In this document: in pieces, positions 51,335 through 61,202 of the stretch | Layout: each line of letters begins with the position of its first letter | Position numbering within the stretch: position 1 is the stretch's first letter | DNA from: Pseudomonadota bacterium | GTDB taxonomy: Bacteria > Pseudomonadota > Gammaproteobacteria > JAKAQQ01 | NCBI GenBank assembly: GCA_027338645.1 | Contig: DAHWSH010000056.1 | Location: 173 to 64,172 of the forward strand | Direction of reading: 5' to 3' | DNA: 64,000 nt | Translations under genes and position numbers: made by a program | The notes under the pieces: model-generated | What the model saw: the letters and a program-made list of their open reading frames with translations, nothing else | What the model was told of the DNA's origin: nothing | Databases searched by the model: none

Positions 51335-52576
51335 CTAGCCCCGACTCCCCCGCACCCCGCGCCGCCGGGTCCAACCCTCGAGACACACCAGTCCGGCAAG
51401 CAACAACAGCCCCAGCGGCGAGAGTGCCCCGCCTCCGCCCCCGCTCATCGGGGGTGCAGGTGCAGCCACCGTCACCGTCTTGGTCTCCATCACCGTATCC
51501 CCAAAGGTATCGGTGGCCGTGACGGTCACGTCAGATGTCCCTGCCACATTCCCGGAACTCAGCTTTAACGTGCAGCTCAGGTCACTCTCCGTCGTCCCGC
51601 AGGCCGACGGTGCAATCGTCACCCCCGCAGAGGGAAGAACCTTCGTGTTGCTGCTGGCCACGGTCAGGGTAAAAGGCGCCGTCCCGGTCAGCTCGAAGTC
51701 CTCCTGCGTGCTCGCACTCTCGTCCAGCATCGTATCAGTCAACCCCGCAAGGAGTGGATCGATCGTGAGCGAGACCATCGCCGTGTTGCTCACCGGATCC
51801 GTTGGACTATCGGCTGCCGTACAGGCCGAGGGAGCCTGACCTTGCCAGGTAAAGGCGTCCGGACCACTGTAGGTGGCCGAGGAGGGCGTGTAGGTAAAAG
51901 CACCGGCCGAGTTGAGAACGACCCCTCCCTGGGCGGGCGATTGGACCAGGACATCGTTTGCCGTACAGCCAGACGTGTTCGTCAGCACCGGCACCGAAGC
52001 GGTGATCTGGGAGCCCACGCTGCCCGCAGCACTGCTGTTTGTGGCGATCAGAGCTCCCGGACCCACGAAAGCACCCACGGAAACGGGGGAATTGCCTACC
52101 GTCACCGACGTCGCCACACTATTATTCGCGGCATCGATCACCGAAACGGTGTCGTTAACGCTACTGCTGCAGGTTGAGGTTCCGCACTCATTCACGACAT
52201 AGACCCGACTGCCATCCGGACTCACCGCGACTCCGAAAGGCACCGAGCCAACGTTCACCGTCGCCACCACACTGTCGGTCGCCGTATCGATCACCGAAAC
52301 GGTGCCATTGCTACCGCAGCTGGATGAGTTCCCGCACTCATTCGCGACATAGACCCGACTGCCGTCCGGATTCACCGCGACTCCGAAAGGCGCATAACCG
52401 ACGTTCACCGTCGCCACCACACTGTCGGTCGCGGTGTCGATCACCGAAACGGTGTTGCTACCGCTGTTGGCGATGTAGGCCAGGGGGGCGGCCTGGGCCG
52501 CGTATACGACCAGCCCCGCCATCAATACCGTGACTGAAAACCACCTCACACACAGGGACGATACATGTTTGTTCAT
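51335..52576 (-). CDS. secreted YVTN beta-propeller-repeat surface protein with GlyGly-CTERM-like C-terminal sorting signal
   Basis: Signal peptide (VTVLMAGLVVYAAQAA). Three near-identical about 42-aa repeats (VYVANECG...SVIDTATDSVVATVNVG..PFGVAV.PDGSRVYV). Ser/Thr-rich middle. C-terminus ...PPMSGGGGGALSPLGLLLLAGLVCLEGWTRRRGVRGSRG: Gly-run, TM helix, Arg cluster. Confidence 0.65.
   Translation of the reverse strand: MNKHVSSLCVRWFSVTVLMAGLVVYAAQAAPLAYIANSGSNTVSVIDTATDSVVATVNVGYAPFGVAVNPDGSRVYVANECGNSSSCGSNGTVSVIDTATDSVVATVNVGSVPFGVAVSPDGSRVYVVNECGTSTCSSSVNDTVSVIDAANNSVATSVTVGNSPVSVGAFVGPGALIATNSSAAGSVGSQITASVPVLTNTSGCTANDVLVQSPAQGGVVLNSAGAFTYTPSSATYSGPDAFTWQGQAPSACTAADSPTDPVSNTAMVSLTIDPLLAGLTDTMLDESASTQEDFELTGTAPFTLTVASSNTKVLPSAGVTIAPSACGTTESDLSCTLKLSSGNVAGTSDVTVTATDTFGDTVMETKTVTVAAPAPPMSGGGGGALSPLGLLLLAGLVCLEGWTRRRGVRGSRG
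52040..52470. repeat. about 126-bp tandem repeats (3 copies, the two 3'-proximal about 90% identical) inside the YVTN surface-protein gene
   Basis: Compare 52176-52301 with 52302-52427: ...gactgccatccggactcaccgcgactccgaaaggcaccgagccaacgttcaccgtcgccaccacactgtcggtcgccgtatcgatcaccgaaacggtg... is repeated almost verbatim. Confidence 0.8.
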
Positions 52577-52872
52577 ACGCTGATCTCCTTAATAATTCTC
52601 TTTCTAATCACAGACCAGCGGCAACGCCCGGTACCTTCGCACCGCCCGCTGCACGGGCGGTTTCAGGAGGGTTGACGGCACTCGACTCCCCATCGTTCTC
52701 TTCCTGTTCCAGACCGGGAAAAACTGCCGTTTTCTGGTTGTAACCCCTGAGACCGTGTGTGTCAAGTAGAGTGAGTGAGTGAAAGTTCTTTCATATCAAG
52801 ACGCCCTCAAAAAACCGGCCGAACCGCGGTTTCCCTGGCATCCCCGGGGCGGCCCCGGTAAACTCCTGTCCC

Positions 52873-54534
52873 ATGCCCTCGACATTGAGCCCACCCTCGC
52901 CCGAGCCAGACGAGCCTAGCCTGACCGGCACGGGGAACCTCCACACCCCCCGTCTGCTGCGGGCCACGGCCACGGTCGGCGGTTTCACCTTTCTGTCCCG
53001 CATCCTGGGCTTTGCTCGCGACATCATCCTGGCCCGCTATTTTGGCGCCGGCCCCGTGATGGACGCCTTCTTCGTCGCCTTCAAGATTCCCAATTTCTTC
53101 CGCCGGATGTTTGCAGAGGGTGCCTTTTCACAGGCATTCGTACCCGTCCTAGGCGAGGTCCACACCCATGAGGGACAGGAGGCCAGCCGCAGACTGGTCG
53201 CCCAGGCCAGTGGAACTCTTGGGCTCATCCTCCTGGTCCTGAGCCTCCTGGGCATCCTTTTCGCCCCCTATCTGATCGACCTCTTCGCCCCGGGTTTCAG
53301 CCATGATCCCTCGACCCACCGCCTGGCCACGCATCTCCTGCGCCTGACCTTTCCCTACCTTTTCTTTATTGCACTGACAGCACTCGCTGCCGGAGCCTTC
53401 AACGTCCACAACCGCTTTGCCGTCCCGGCCGCAACCCCCATCCTACTCAACCTGTCGCTGATCGCTTCCGCCCTGTGGCTGTCCAAAGCCTTTGCGGTGC
53501 CGGTTTATGCCCTCGGCGTCGGGGTCCTCGCCGCCGGCCTGCTGCAGCTTCTCTTTCAGCTACCTTTCCTCGGCCGTCTGCGCCTCCTATCCTGGCCCCG
53601 CTGGAGCTGGTCTAGCAAACCGGTCCAGCAGATCATCCATCTCATGCTGCCGGCCCTCTTGGGTGCCTCCGTGATGCAAATCAACCTCCTCGTGGACACG
53701 GCCATTGCCTCGTTTCTCAACCCGGGCAGTGTGAGCTGGCTCTACTACTCCGACCGCTTGATGGAATTCCCGCTCGGGGTCTTCGCCATTGCGCTCGGCA
53801 CCGTCATCCTGCCGGGACTGACGCGGGCCCATGCCCGCCGTTCCCGCGACGAGTTTTCCCGTCTCCTGGACATCTCGATGCGCCTCGTACTCTTGGTGGC
53901 CTGCCCCGCCGCCCTGGGCCTTGGGATCCTCGCGGGTCCTCTGATCGTGACCCTGTTCCGATATGGCGCCTTCAGCAACTTCGATGCCCGGATGTCGGCG
54001 GCGAGCCTCATGGCGTATGCCGTGGGTCTCGTTGGTTTCACCGCGGTCAAGATCCTGGCCCCCGGTTTTTACGCGCAGAAAAACACCAAAACCCCGGTTC
54101 GTATCGCTGTCTGGGCCATCATCGCCAATCTCCTGTTCAACGCCGCCATCGTGATCCCCTGGGCGCTTTCCGGATGGCCCGCACCCCATGCCGGACTGGC
54201 ATTATCAACCTCGCTCGCGGCACTCCTCAACGCCGGTCTGCTCGGCCGAGCGCTCAAGCGGGACCAACACTGGAAGCCCGCAGGAGGCTGGAGAATCCTG
54301 ATCTTCCGGGTCGCCATCGCGCTCAGCGTGATGTCGGTGGCACTGATCCTGCTTGAGTCCTCACTCGAACACTGGCTGGCCTGGCCGGTACTCGCACGGG
54401 TCGGGCACCTGTCGTTCCTGATCGGACTGGGCTTTGCCCTCTATGTGCTCACGCTCTGGATCCTGGGTCTTGGACCCCGGACCCTGCTCCGGATGCTGGA
54501 TGCGGTCCGTGACGGGGCACACCCCCCCGCATGA
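52873..54534 (+). CDS. murJ: lipid II flippase MurJ (MviN)
   Basis: ...FTFLSRILGFARDIILARYFGAGPVMDAFFVAFKIPNFFRRMFAEGAFSQAFVPVL, the MurJ signature; 14 TM segments. Start codon uncertain (only one ATG; a shorter non-ATG start is possible). Confidence 0.8.
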   Translation: MPSTLSPPSPEPDEPSLTGTGNLHTPRLLRATATVGGFTFLSRILGFARDIILARYFGAGPVMDAFFVAFKIPNFFRRMFAEGAFSQAFVPVLGEVHTHEGQEASRRLVAQASGTLGLILLVLSLLGILFAPYLIDLFAPGFSHDPSTHRLATHLLRLTFPYLFFIALTALAAGAFNVHNRFAVPAATPILLNLSLIASALWLSKAFAVPVYALGVGVLAAGLLQLLFQLPFLGRLRLLSWPRWSWSSKPVQQIIHLMLPALLGASVMQINLLVDTAIASFLNPGSVSWLYYSDRLMEFPLGVFAIALGTVILPGLTRAHARRSRDEFSRLLDISMRLVLLVACPAALGLGILAGPLIVTLFRYGAFSNFDARMSAASLMAYAVGLVGFTAVKILAPGFYAQKNTKTPVRIAVWAIIANLLFNAAIVIPWALSGWPAPHAGLALSTSLAALLNAGLLGRALKRDQHWKPAGGWRILIFRVAIALSVMSVALILLESSLEHWLAWPVLARVGHLSFLIGLGFALYVLTLWILGLGPRTLLRMLDAVRDGAHPPA

Positions 54535-55472
54535 ACGTCGGCGGACTATGCATCGACCGGACGGTACGGGATCGGGGACCGACAGTGGTCACGGCCGGAT
54601 CCTTCGACGGTTTCCACCGAGGCCACCGTCGACTGATCGCAACTGCCCGTGAATATGCCAACGCCCATGGTCTACCCCTCACACTGCTCACCTTTGAACC
54701 GTTACCCCGCGAGTTCTTGCTTCCCGAAGAAGCCCCTGCCCGCCTGACGACCTTTGGAGAAAAGATCCTGGAAAGCCAGTCCGCCGGAATCGACCGGATT
54801 GTCTGCCTACGATTCGACAAACACCTGGCCCAGACCCGTGCCGACGACTTCATCGAAGCCATTCTCCTCCGCGGACTCCAGGCCAAAGGAATCGTCGTCG
54901 GACAAAATTTCCGCTTCGGCTATCGTCGGGAAGGAGACCTGGAACGGCTTGAGCGGTCTCTCTCGGCAAACGGTCGTGAACTCATAGCTGCCGACCTCGA
55001 AACCATGGACACCGAGCGGATCAGCAGCACCCGGATCCGCACGGCGCTCGCCGCAGGTGATCTCGTCCAGGCCACGGAACTCCTCGGCCACCCCTACCGG
55101 ATGACCGGACGGGTTCAGCACGGCCACCAACGCGGTCGTCTCATGGGTTATCCGACTGCAAATCTTGCCGTGCACCGGCGACGGTGCCCAGTGGGCGGCG
55201 TCTACGCGGTCCGGGTATACGGAGCAGGTCCGCTCCCGTACAATGGCGTGGCGAGTCTCGGGATCCGTCCCGGGCTCGACGATCGGGGCGAGCTGCTCGA
55301 AGTTCACCTTTTCGACTGCTCCACCGATCTTTACGGACGGCGCCTAGCCGTCGAGTTCATCGCGTTCTTGCGACCGGAACAACGATTCGGCAGCTGGAGC
55401 GCTCTCCAAAACGCCATCGATCACGACGCCGTACAGGCGCGGCGGATCCTGGACCAGCGTGGAGCTTTGTAG
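54531..55472 (+). CDS. ribF: bifunctional riboflavin kinase / FMN adenylyltransferase
   Basis: [18 protein letters not shown] (FAD synthetase nucleotidyltransferase motif); C-terminal riboflavin kinase ([15 protein letters not shown]...); ribF-ileS-lspA synteny. Confidence 0.85.
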   Translation: MNVGGLCIDRTVRDRGPTVVTAGSFDGFHRGHRRLIATAREYANAHGLPLTLLTFEPLPREFLLPEEAPARLTTFGEKILESQSAGIDRIVCLRFDKHLAQTRADDFIEAILLRGLQAKGIVVGQNFRFGYRREGDLERLERSLSANGRELIAADLETMDTERISSTRIRTALAAGDLVQATELLGHPYRMTGRVQHGHQRGRLMGYPTANLAVHRRRCPVGGVYAVRVYGAGPLPYNGVASLGIRPGLDDRGELLEVHLFDCSTDLYGRRLAVEFIAFLRPEQRFGSWSALQNAIDHDAVQARRILDQRGAL

Positions 55473-58284
55473 AGAGAGAATCGTGGGAGACTACCGAAAA
55501 ACACTGAACCTTCCGGAAACGCGCTTTCCCATGAAGGCAGACCTGCCACACCGGGAACCCGGCTGGCTCCAGGACTGGCAGGCCTCCGACCTCTACGGGA
55601 AAATCCGCGCGGTCTCCGCCGGACGACGCCGTTTCATCCTGGCTGACGGCCCTCCCTATGCCAATGGCGTGATCCATATCGGCCATGCCGTAAACAAGAT
55701 CCTCAAGGATATCGTCGTCCGTTCGCAGACCCTGCTCGGGTTTGATGCCCCCTATGTTCCCGGATGGGACTGCCATGGGTTGCCGATCGAACTCATGGTC
55801 GAGCGTCAACTCGGAACCTCCGAACGGGACATGGATCCAGCCCGCTTCCGCGCCGAATGCCGACGTTACGCCGAGGAACAGATCACACTGCAACGTCGGG
55901 ATTTCGAACGGCTCGGGGTTCTCGGTGACTGGGCCCAGCCCTACCGGACCATGGATGCCCAGGCCGTGGCCACCGAACTCCGGTCACTCGCGGAACTCAT
56001 CGAACGTGGACAGCTCACGCCGGGCACCAAACCGGTGCTCTGGTGCCTGGAATGCGAATCCGCCCTGGCCGAGGCCGAGGTGGAATACGAGGCGCATACC
56101 TCGATGGCCATCGACGTCCGTTTCCGGTTCGCGGATCCGGTTCCCGAGTCCCTGCATGAGGATCCTGCCATCCGGTCTCTCCCGTGGTCGATCCCGATCT
56201 GGACCACGACGCCCTGGACGCTCCCCCTCAACCAGGCGGTCTGTCTCGATCCCGAGGCCGATTACGCCTGTCTCCGGATCTCGGGACCGAACGGAGGGGA
56301 AGTCCTGGTCTTGCTCGAAGGTCTCGCCGAGCGGGCCTGCGAGCGCTACGGCCTCGAGATCATCGGCCCCGCGCTGCGGAGGCCGGGACGGCTGTTTGCT
56401 GGAATCCGCCTCCGGCACCCCATCGACGATCGGCCGGTTCCCGTGGTCCTGGGCACCCATGTGGAACATGATGTGGGAACCGGAGCCATCCATACCGCTC
56501 CAGCGCACGGGCTCGAGGACTACGAGATCGGCCTACGCTACGGTTTATCGCTCAAAAACCGGGTCGACGACCACGGCCGCTATGATGCCTCGGTCGTCCG
56601 TTTTGCTGGCCTGTCGATCCGGGAAGCGGATGAACCCATTCTCGCGGAGTTGCGGAGAACCGGCACCCTCCTTCACGCGAGTGCCTGGAATCACAGTTAC
56701 CCCCATTGCTGGCGCCACAAAACCCCCGTCATCTTCAGGGCGACCCCCCAGTGGTTCATCCCGCTCGGAGCAAACACCCTCCGGGAACGCGCGCTGGAGG
56801 CCGTGAATGCCGTCGAATGGATTCCCGACTGGGGTCGGGAACGCATGTCCCAGATGATCCGCAACCGGCCGGACTGGTGCATCTCGCGCCAGCGAATCTG
56901 GGGCGTCCCACTGGCCCTTTGGGTTCATGACACGTCGGGTGCCCTCCACCCCGAAGCTCCCGAGCGGCTCGTCGAGCTGGCCGGCCGGATCGAACGGATG
57001 GGCGTCGAGGCTGCACTGTCTGCTCCCGAAGAACGTCCCCCTCCTCCTGGATATCACCGGCTCGGTGACATCGTCGATGTCTGGCTCGACTCCGGACTGA
57101 CCCACCGCACCGTTTTGGCCCAGCGGCCCGAGCTGGGCTCCCCCGCCAATCTCTACCTCGAGGGTTCGGACCAGCACCGCGGCTGGTTTCAGTCATCGCT
57201 GCTCACCTCCGTCGCACTGAACGGACAGGCTCCCTACTGGACTGTTCTGACCCATGGATTCACCGTCGACGAACAAGGACACAAAATGTCGAAGTCTCTG
57301 GGCAACGTGATTGCCCCCCAAACGGTGATCGACCGACTCGGCGCCGATGTGTTGCGTCTTTGGGTGTCCAGCAACGATTACCGCTCCGAACTCGCGGTCT
57401 CCGATGCCATTCTCGACCAGACCGCGGACATCTACCGGAAACTTCGCAACACCCTCCGTTTTCTCTTGGCCAACCTGGGTGATTTTGATCCCCGCCGCCA
57501 AAGCCTGCCACCCGAACGGTGGCTGGCCTTCGACCGCTGGCTGCTCGCTCGACTGCGCACTCTCGATGAGGAAGTCCGAGAGGCCTACCGGCGCTATGCC
57601 TTTCATGTCATCCACCAGAAGCTTTTGAATTTTTGCACCGTCGATCTGGGGAGCCTCTACCTCGACATTGTCAAGGACCGTCTCTATACCACCCCCGCCG
57701 ATTCCCCCCCCCGTCGCTCGGCCCAGAACGCGCTCCAGGCCACCGCCCTGAGCTTGATTCACTGGCTGGCCCCCCTCATCCCGTTTACGGCCGAGGAAGC
57801 CTGGAGGGAGTTGCCGGGAGTCCGCACGGAATCAGTGATGCTATCCACCTTTCCCGAGCTGCCATCCCTCGACCGGGTGCAATCACCCTATCCGTGGGAC
57901 ATCCTGCTCGAGATCCGGAACACCATCAACCAGCGGATCGAGGAGGAACGCCGTACCGGCCACATGGGGAAAAGCCTCGAGGCCGGGGTCCACCTCTACC
58001 TCCCCCCACCGCTCCTCCAGGTCCTGCTTCCAATGCAGGCGGAGCTGCATTTCTTTTTTCTGACCTCCCAGCTGAGCTGTCTGCCCGCGCCCGGTCCCAG
58101 CGACGCCGTGCCGGTCGAAGGGGTGCCCGATGCGGCAATCACGCTCCACAAGGCTCCGGGCAGACGCTGCGAACGCTGTTGGCACTGGCGGGAAGACGTG
58201 GGCCGGATCGAGGATCACCCCGGACTCTGCCTCCGCTGCCACGGGAACCTTTTCGGATCGCCGGAAAGCCGTGAGTTCATCTAA
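55459..58284 (+). CDS. ileS: isoleucine--tRNA ligase
   Basis: [24 protein letters not shown]...; HIGH ([15 protein letters not shown]) and KMSKS ([10 protein letters not shown]) motifs; C-terminal zinc knuckle CERCWHW...CLRC. True start may be a GTG a few codons in. Confidence 0.9.
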   Translation: MELCRERIVGDYRKTLNLPETRFPMKADLPHREPGWLQDWQASDLYGKIRAVSAGRRRFILADGPPYANGVIHIGHAVNKILKDIVVRSQTLLGFDAPYVPGWDCHGLPIELMVERQLGTSERDMDPARFRAECRRYAEEQITLQRRDFERLGVLGDWAQPYRTMDAQAVATELRSLAELIERGQLTPGTKPVLWCLECESALAEAEVEYEAHTSMAIDVRFRFADPVPESLHEDPAIRSLPWSIPIWTTTPWTLPLNQAVCLDPEADYACLRISGPNGGEVLVLLEGLAERACERYGLEIIGPALRRPGRLFAGIRLRHPIDDRPVPVVLGTHVEHDVGTGAIHTAPAHGLEDYEIGLRYGLSLKNRVDDHGRYDASVVRFAGLSIREADEPILAELRRTGTLLHASAWNHSYPHCWRHKTPVIFRATPQWFIPLGANTLRERALEAVNAVEWIPDWGRERMSQMIRNRPDWCISRQRIWGVPLALWVHDTSGALHPEAPERLVELAGRIERMGVEAALSAPEERPPPPGYHRLGDIVDVWLDSGLTHRTVLAQRPELGSPANLYLEGSDQHRGWFQSSLLTSVALNGQAPYWTVLTHGFTVDEQGHKMSKSLGNVIAPQTVIDRLGADVLRLWVSSNDYRSELAVSDAILDQTADIYRKLRNTLRFLLANLGDFDPRRQSLPPERWLAFDRWLLARLRTLDEEVREAYRRYAFHVIHQKLLNFCTVDLGSLYLDIVKDRLYTTPADSPPRRSAQNALQATALSLIHWLAPLIPFTAEEAWRELPGVRTESVMLSTFPELPSLDRVQSPYPWDILLEIRNTINQRIEEERRTGHMGKSLEAGVHLYLPPPLLQVLLPMQAELHFFFLTSQLSCLPAPGPSDAVPVEGVPDAAITLHKAPGRRCERCWHWREDVGRIEDHPGLCLRCHGNLFGSPESREFI

Positions 58285-58795
58285 GTCCTCGAGACACTCG
58301 AAGAACCTGAAGCGGGCCTGGCCCTATCTGGCCCTCAGTACTTTCATTGTCGCCCTCGACCAATGGAGCAAGACCCGGATCCAGAAAAGCATCCCGCTGG
58401 ATGGACAGATCCGGCTCAATGCCTTTCTGAACCTGACCGATGTCGAGAACCGGGGTGCGGCCTTCAGTTTTTTGAATGGCCACGCAGCCTGGCCCAATCT
58501 CCTTTTTCTAGGCCTGGCCGGCACGGTCACGCCTGTCATCCTGGTCTGGATCCTCGGGCTCCCAAAAACCCAGCGACGCTTGTCTCTCGCCCTCTGCCTG
58601 ATCCTCGGAGGGGCTGTGGGAAATGCACTGGATCGCCTGCGTTACGGTTACGTGATCGACTTCATCCAGGTCCATTACGGAATTTGGTACTATCCCGCTT
58701 TCAACGTGGCGGATTCGGCCATTACCGTCGGAGCCTGCCTGCTTTTCTGGCACTTTCTGAGGACGGGATCCCGGAAGCACCCTCCGGCAAGTTGA
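58271..58795 (+). CDS. lspA: lipoprotein signal peptidase II
   Basis: ...ALDQWSK..., [47 protein letters not shown]: LspA catalytic Asp motifs. No ATG after the ileS stop; the GTG at 58271, overlapping the ileS end by 14 nt, is the likely start. Confidence 0.75.
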   Translation: MSSSKSSRHSKNLKRAWPYLALSTFIVALDQWSKTRIQKSIPLDGQIRLNAFLNLTDVENRGAAFSFLNGHAAWPNLLFLGLAGTVTPVILVWILGLPKTQRRLSLALCLILGGAVGNALDRLRYGYVIDFIQVHYGIWYYPAFNVADSAITVGACLLFWHFLRTGSRKHPPAS

Positions 58796-58858
58796 GGGGG
58801 GAGCCGCCGACGGTGCCTCCCGGATGGCCATCCGACCCGGCACCCGGAGGTTTTTCGC

Positions 58859-59359
58859 ATGATCCCAGCCCCTCTCCCAACCTCTCCCCACGGATTTCAT
58901 TCCGAGAAAAAAGACAAAAGCCCTTCTCCCCCGCCTTTCCACCTGGCCTTTCCGGTCCACGATCTCGAGGCGGCCAGAGGCTTTTACAGGGATTTGCTCG
59001 GTTGCCCGACCGGACGGGAGTCTCCGCGCTGGATCGATTTCAACTTTTTCGGTCACCAGATCGTCGCTCACCTCGCATCCTCATCGGATCCGAACACGAC
59101 CAATCCGGTGGATGGGGAAGAGGTACCCGTGCGCCATTTCGGCGTGGTTCTCGCCTGGGACGAGTGGGAAAAACTGGCCCGCAAGCTGGAAGCTGCGCAC
59201 TGCCGCTTTCTCATCAAACCCGGCGTCCGCTTTCAGGGGGAAATCGGGGAGCAGGCGACCCTGTTTGTGGCTGACCCGAGTGGCAATGCGCTCGAGTTCA
59301 AGGCCTTCCGGAACCCAGATGAACTCTTTGCACGGGCTCCCGATGGGTTACCGGAGTAG
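58859..59359 (+). CDS. VOC-family (glyoxalase/bleomycin-resistance/dioxygenase fold) protein
   Basis: [23 protein letters not shown]...; paired beta-alpha-beta-beta-beta modules ([55 protein letters not shown]). Confidence 0.6.
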   Translation: MIPAPLPTSPHGFHSEKKDKSPSPPPFHLAFPVHDLEAARGFYRDLLGCPTGRESPRWIDFNFFGHQIVAHLASSSDPNTTNPVDGEEVPVRHFGVVLAWDEWEKLARKLEAAHCRFLIKPGVRFQGEIGEQATLFVADPSGNALEFKAFRNPDELFARAPDGLPE

Positions 59360-59419
59360 ACCAAAAGACCGAAAAAAAACAGTTTTCGCCGAAGTTGGGG
59401 GAGGAACAATGGAAGGGAC

Positions 59420-59782
59420 TCACGCTGAGCGTTGACGTGACTGACATTCACTGAATTCCGATGGACGTAATCCGTAGCGAGCCAGCACTCCCTCGTGCAA
59501 CCGCCGGAGTTCCTCGACCACGAGCGCTTCGACGCTGTCCCTGTCGGCGCCCAGTGCATACAGCGACAGCGATTCAGCGATGACGTCGAGCGGCGCCCGC
59601 TCGGGTTTCCGCACGACCTCGCGGACGGACTGCTTGATCACCCCACGCCATGCCAGGCGCAGTGGATCCGGTTCGACGAGATTCCGCTTGAGGGCCATGT
59701 ACTCCTGCGCCGAGCGCTCATAAGCCCAAACATAGAGGTCACGCAACAGCTCGATTCGGGTCAACTCGTAGACCCCGAGCAT
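59420..59782 (-). CDS. hypothetical protein (orphan; possible C-terminal fragment)
   Basis: 120 aa, helical, no motif I can assign (MLGVYELTRIELLRDLYVWAYERSAQEYMALKRNLVEPDPLRLAW...). It sits in the ssrA-adjacent accessory patch; upstream of its start on the minus strand is AT-rich with no clear N-terminal continuation. Confidence 0.35.
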   Translation of the reverse strand: MLGVYELTRIELLRDLYVWAYERSAQEYMALKRNLVEPDPLRLAWRGVIKQSVREVVRKPERAPLDVIAESLSLYALGADRDSVEALVVEELRRLHEGVLARYGLRPSEFSECQSRQRSA

Positions 59783-60046
59783 CGCGCGGGAGCAAGCCTG
59801 TTCCGGCCCAAGGTGTCACAGTGCTCCGGCCCAAAAATAAACCGAAAGAGTGCTTACGTTTCGTCCCGTCAGACTCCCTTTCCTGCCCATGCGGCTTCCT
59901 TTCCCGTCCCGGGTGGTACGACGTAGCCACCCTTTTGTGATTTTCTGCCATTCTTACCACTTCTCATTTATGTGCTACGTTTATATATTGACTTACTTTA
60001 CTTGAGATGGGACACTATTTGACAATTAGGCAACAGGAAATTAATA

Positions 60047-60277
60047 GTGGAAACCTACATGACAGTAAAGGGGCAGATCGTGATCCCCGCCAAGGTGCGG
60101 GGCCAGCTCGGAATGAAGAAAGGAACCCGGGTGCAGGTAGACGTGGACGAAAGCACACAACGCATCATCCTCACCCCCATCACCCGCGAATACATCGAAG
60201 GTCTGAGGGGTCGGTACAAGGGCAAGGGCCTGCTCAAGGCGCTGGCCGCAGAGAAAAAACACGAGCGGGAGACATAA
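60047..60277 (+). CDS. vapB: AbrB/SpoVT-family antitoxin (VapB-like)
   Basis: ...MTVKGQIVIPAKVRGQLGMKKGTRVQVDVDESTQRIILTPI: swapped-hairpin AbrB/MazE DNA-binding fold. Stop overlaps the vapC start (TAAATG). True start may be the Met at 60059. Confidence 0.75.
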   Translation: METYMTVKGQIVIPAKVRGQLGMKKGTRVQVDVDESTQRIILTPITREYIEGLRGRYKGKGLLKALAAEKKHERET

Positions 60278-60688
60278 ATGGCGCATCGTCCAAAAACTAT
60301 CATCCTCGACTCCTGGGCCGTGCTGGCTTACCTCGAAGACGAGAATCCCGGAAAACAAGTAGCCGAAATTCTCGCTAATGCCCACGAGCACGGCACGTCG
60401 TTGCTGATGACGACTGTCAATACTGGAGAAGTCTGGTACATCCTGGCGCGCGAGGTATCGGAAACCGAAGCAGAGCGTGTGATCACCGAACTACAACGGC
60501 TGGCTATCCAGTTCGTGGATGCCGATTGGCACCTTACCCGTCTCGCTGCAGGATTCAAGGCAAGATATCGCATGTCCTATGCCGACTCCTTTGCCGCCGC
60601 GCTGGCAAAGGAGCAGAAAGCTGAATTAGTCACTGGAGATAAAGAGTTTCAACAGTTGAATGATCAAATCAAGATCGCGTGGCTTTAA
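60278..60688 (+). CDS. vapC: PIN-domain ribonuclease toxin VapC
   Basis: 136 aa; IILDSWAVLAYLEDE (Asp4-type acidic start), ...TTVNTGEVWYIL..., ...YADSFAAALA..., ...VTGDKEF...: the four conserved acidic PIN positions in order. Confidence 0.75.
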   Translation: MAHRPKTIILDSWAVLAYLEDENPGKQVAEILANAHEHGTSLLMTTVNTGEVWYILAREVSETEAERVITELQRLAIQFVDADWHLTRLAAGFKARYRMSYADSFAAALAKEQKAELVTGDKEFQQLNDQIKIAWL

Positions 60689-61180
60689 TCAAGCACCGAA
60701 TCTGACAGCACTGTGGACAACCTGAGCGAGAACGTCCGACGCGGCATCCGATAGAAATTGCGACGCGGGGAGTTTCCAGGCAAGCCTCCGATCGGGTACC
60801 GGAACGAGCCCCGGCTTTGCACCATCGTCGTGGACCCGGACACCGCGCCGCTCGTGTGCCGGATGTTCGAGACCTACGCAACCGGCCGGTTCACGCTCAA
60901 GGAGGTCCGCCAGCAGGTCGCGGCCTTCGGCCTGGTGAACCGCGAAGGAAAACCGCTCGACCACCTGCCGGATGCGCACCTCGACGGGGCCGTGATGCGC
61001 GAGGAATACCTGGGGCGGAAGGAGAAGTGTTGCGCGAGAAGGCAGCGGTCACCGACCGGCTGGCCGAGATTGAGCGAAACAAAAATCACTGGCTCGAACC
61101 TCAGGCTTTCGGGCCGCGCCTTTCGCGTTTGTTACGAAAATCCATGGGCCACTGTGGCCCGCTGCCGCCCGCGGCGCGGC
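60689..61180 (+). pseudogene. serine recombinase (resolvase/invertase-type, large-serine-recombinase-like) remnant; 5'-truncated with in-frame stop and frameshift
   Basis: Frame 3 reads ...LSENVRRGIR*KLRRGEFPGKPPIGYRNEPRLCTIVVDPDTAPLVCRMFETYATGRFTLKEVRQQVAAFGLVNREGKPL..., i.e. the end of a resolvase catalytic domain plus recombinase domain. The catalytic Ser region is absent. Later part is frameshifted (...RLAEIERNKNHWLE... coiled coil). Confidence 0.65.
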
Positions 61181-61202
61181 CCAAACCGGCGAAAACGAAA
61201 AT

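Larger units (their letters stand above)
59360..61202. mobile_element. decayed integrative-element remnant adjacent to the 3' end of ssrA (recombinase pseudogene, vapBC, orphan ORF, AT-rich promoter region)
   Basis: tmRNA 3' ends are classical island attachment sites. Contents are accessory: a toxin-antitoxin pair, a broken serine recombinase reading toward ssrA, and an AT-rich 59.78-60.05 kb stretch with repeated TTGAC boxes. Confidence 0.55.

Noticed and set aside
52174-52533. 119-aa plus-strand ORF with striking internal repeats (SRHRPDC.PDSPRLRKA...)
   Set aside because: It is the antisense reading of the 126-bp tandem repeats in the YVTN surface-protein gene. The repetition is a nucleotide-level artefact, not a separate gene.
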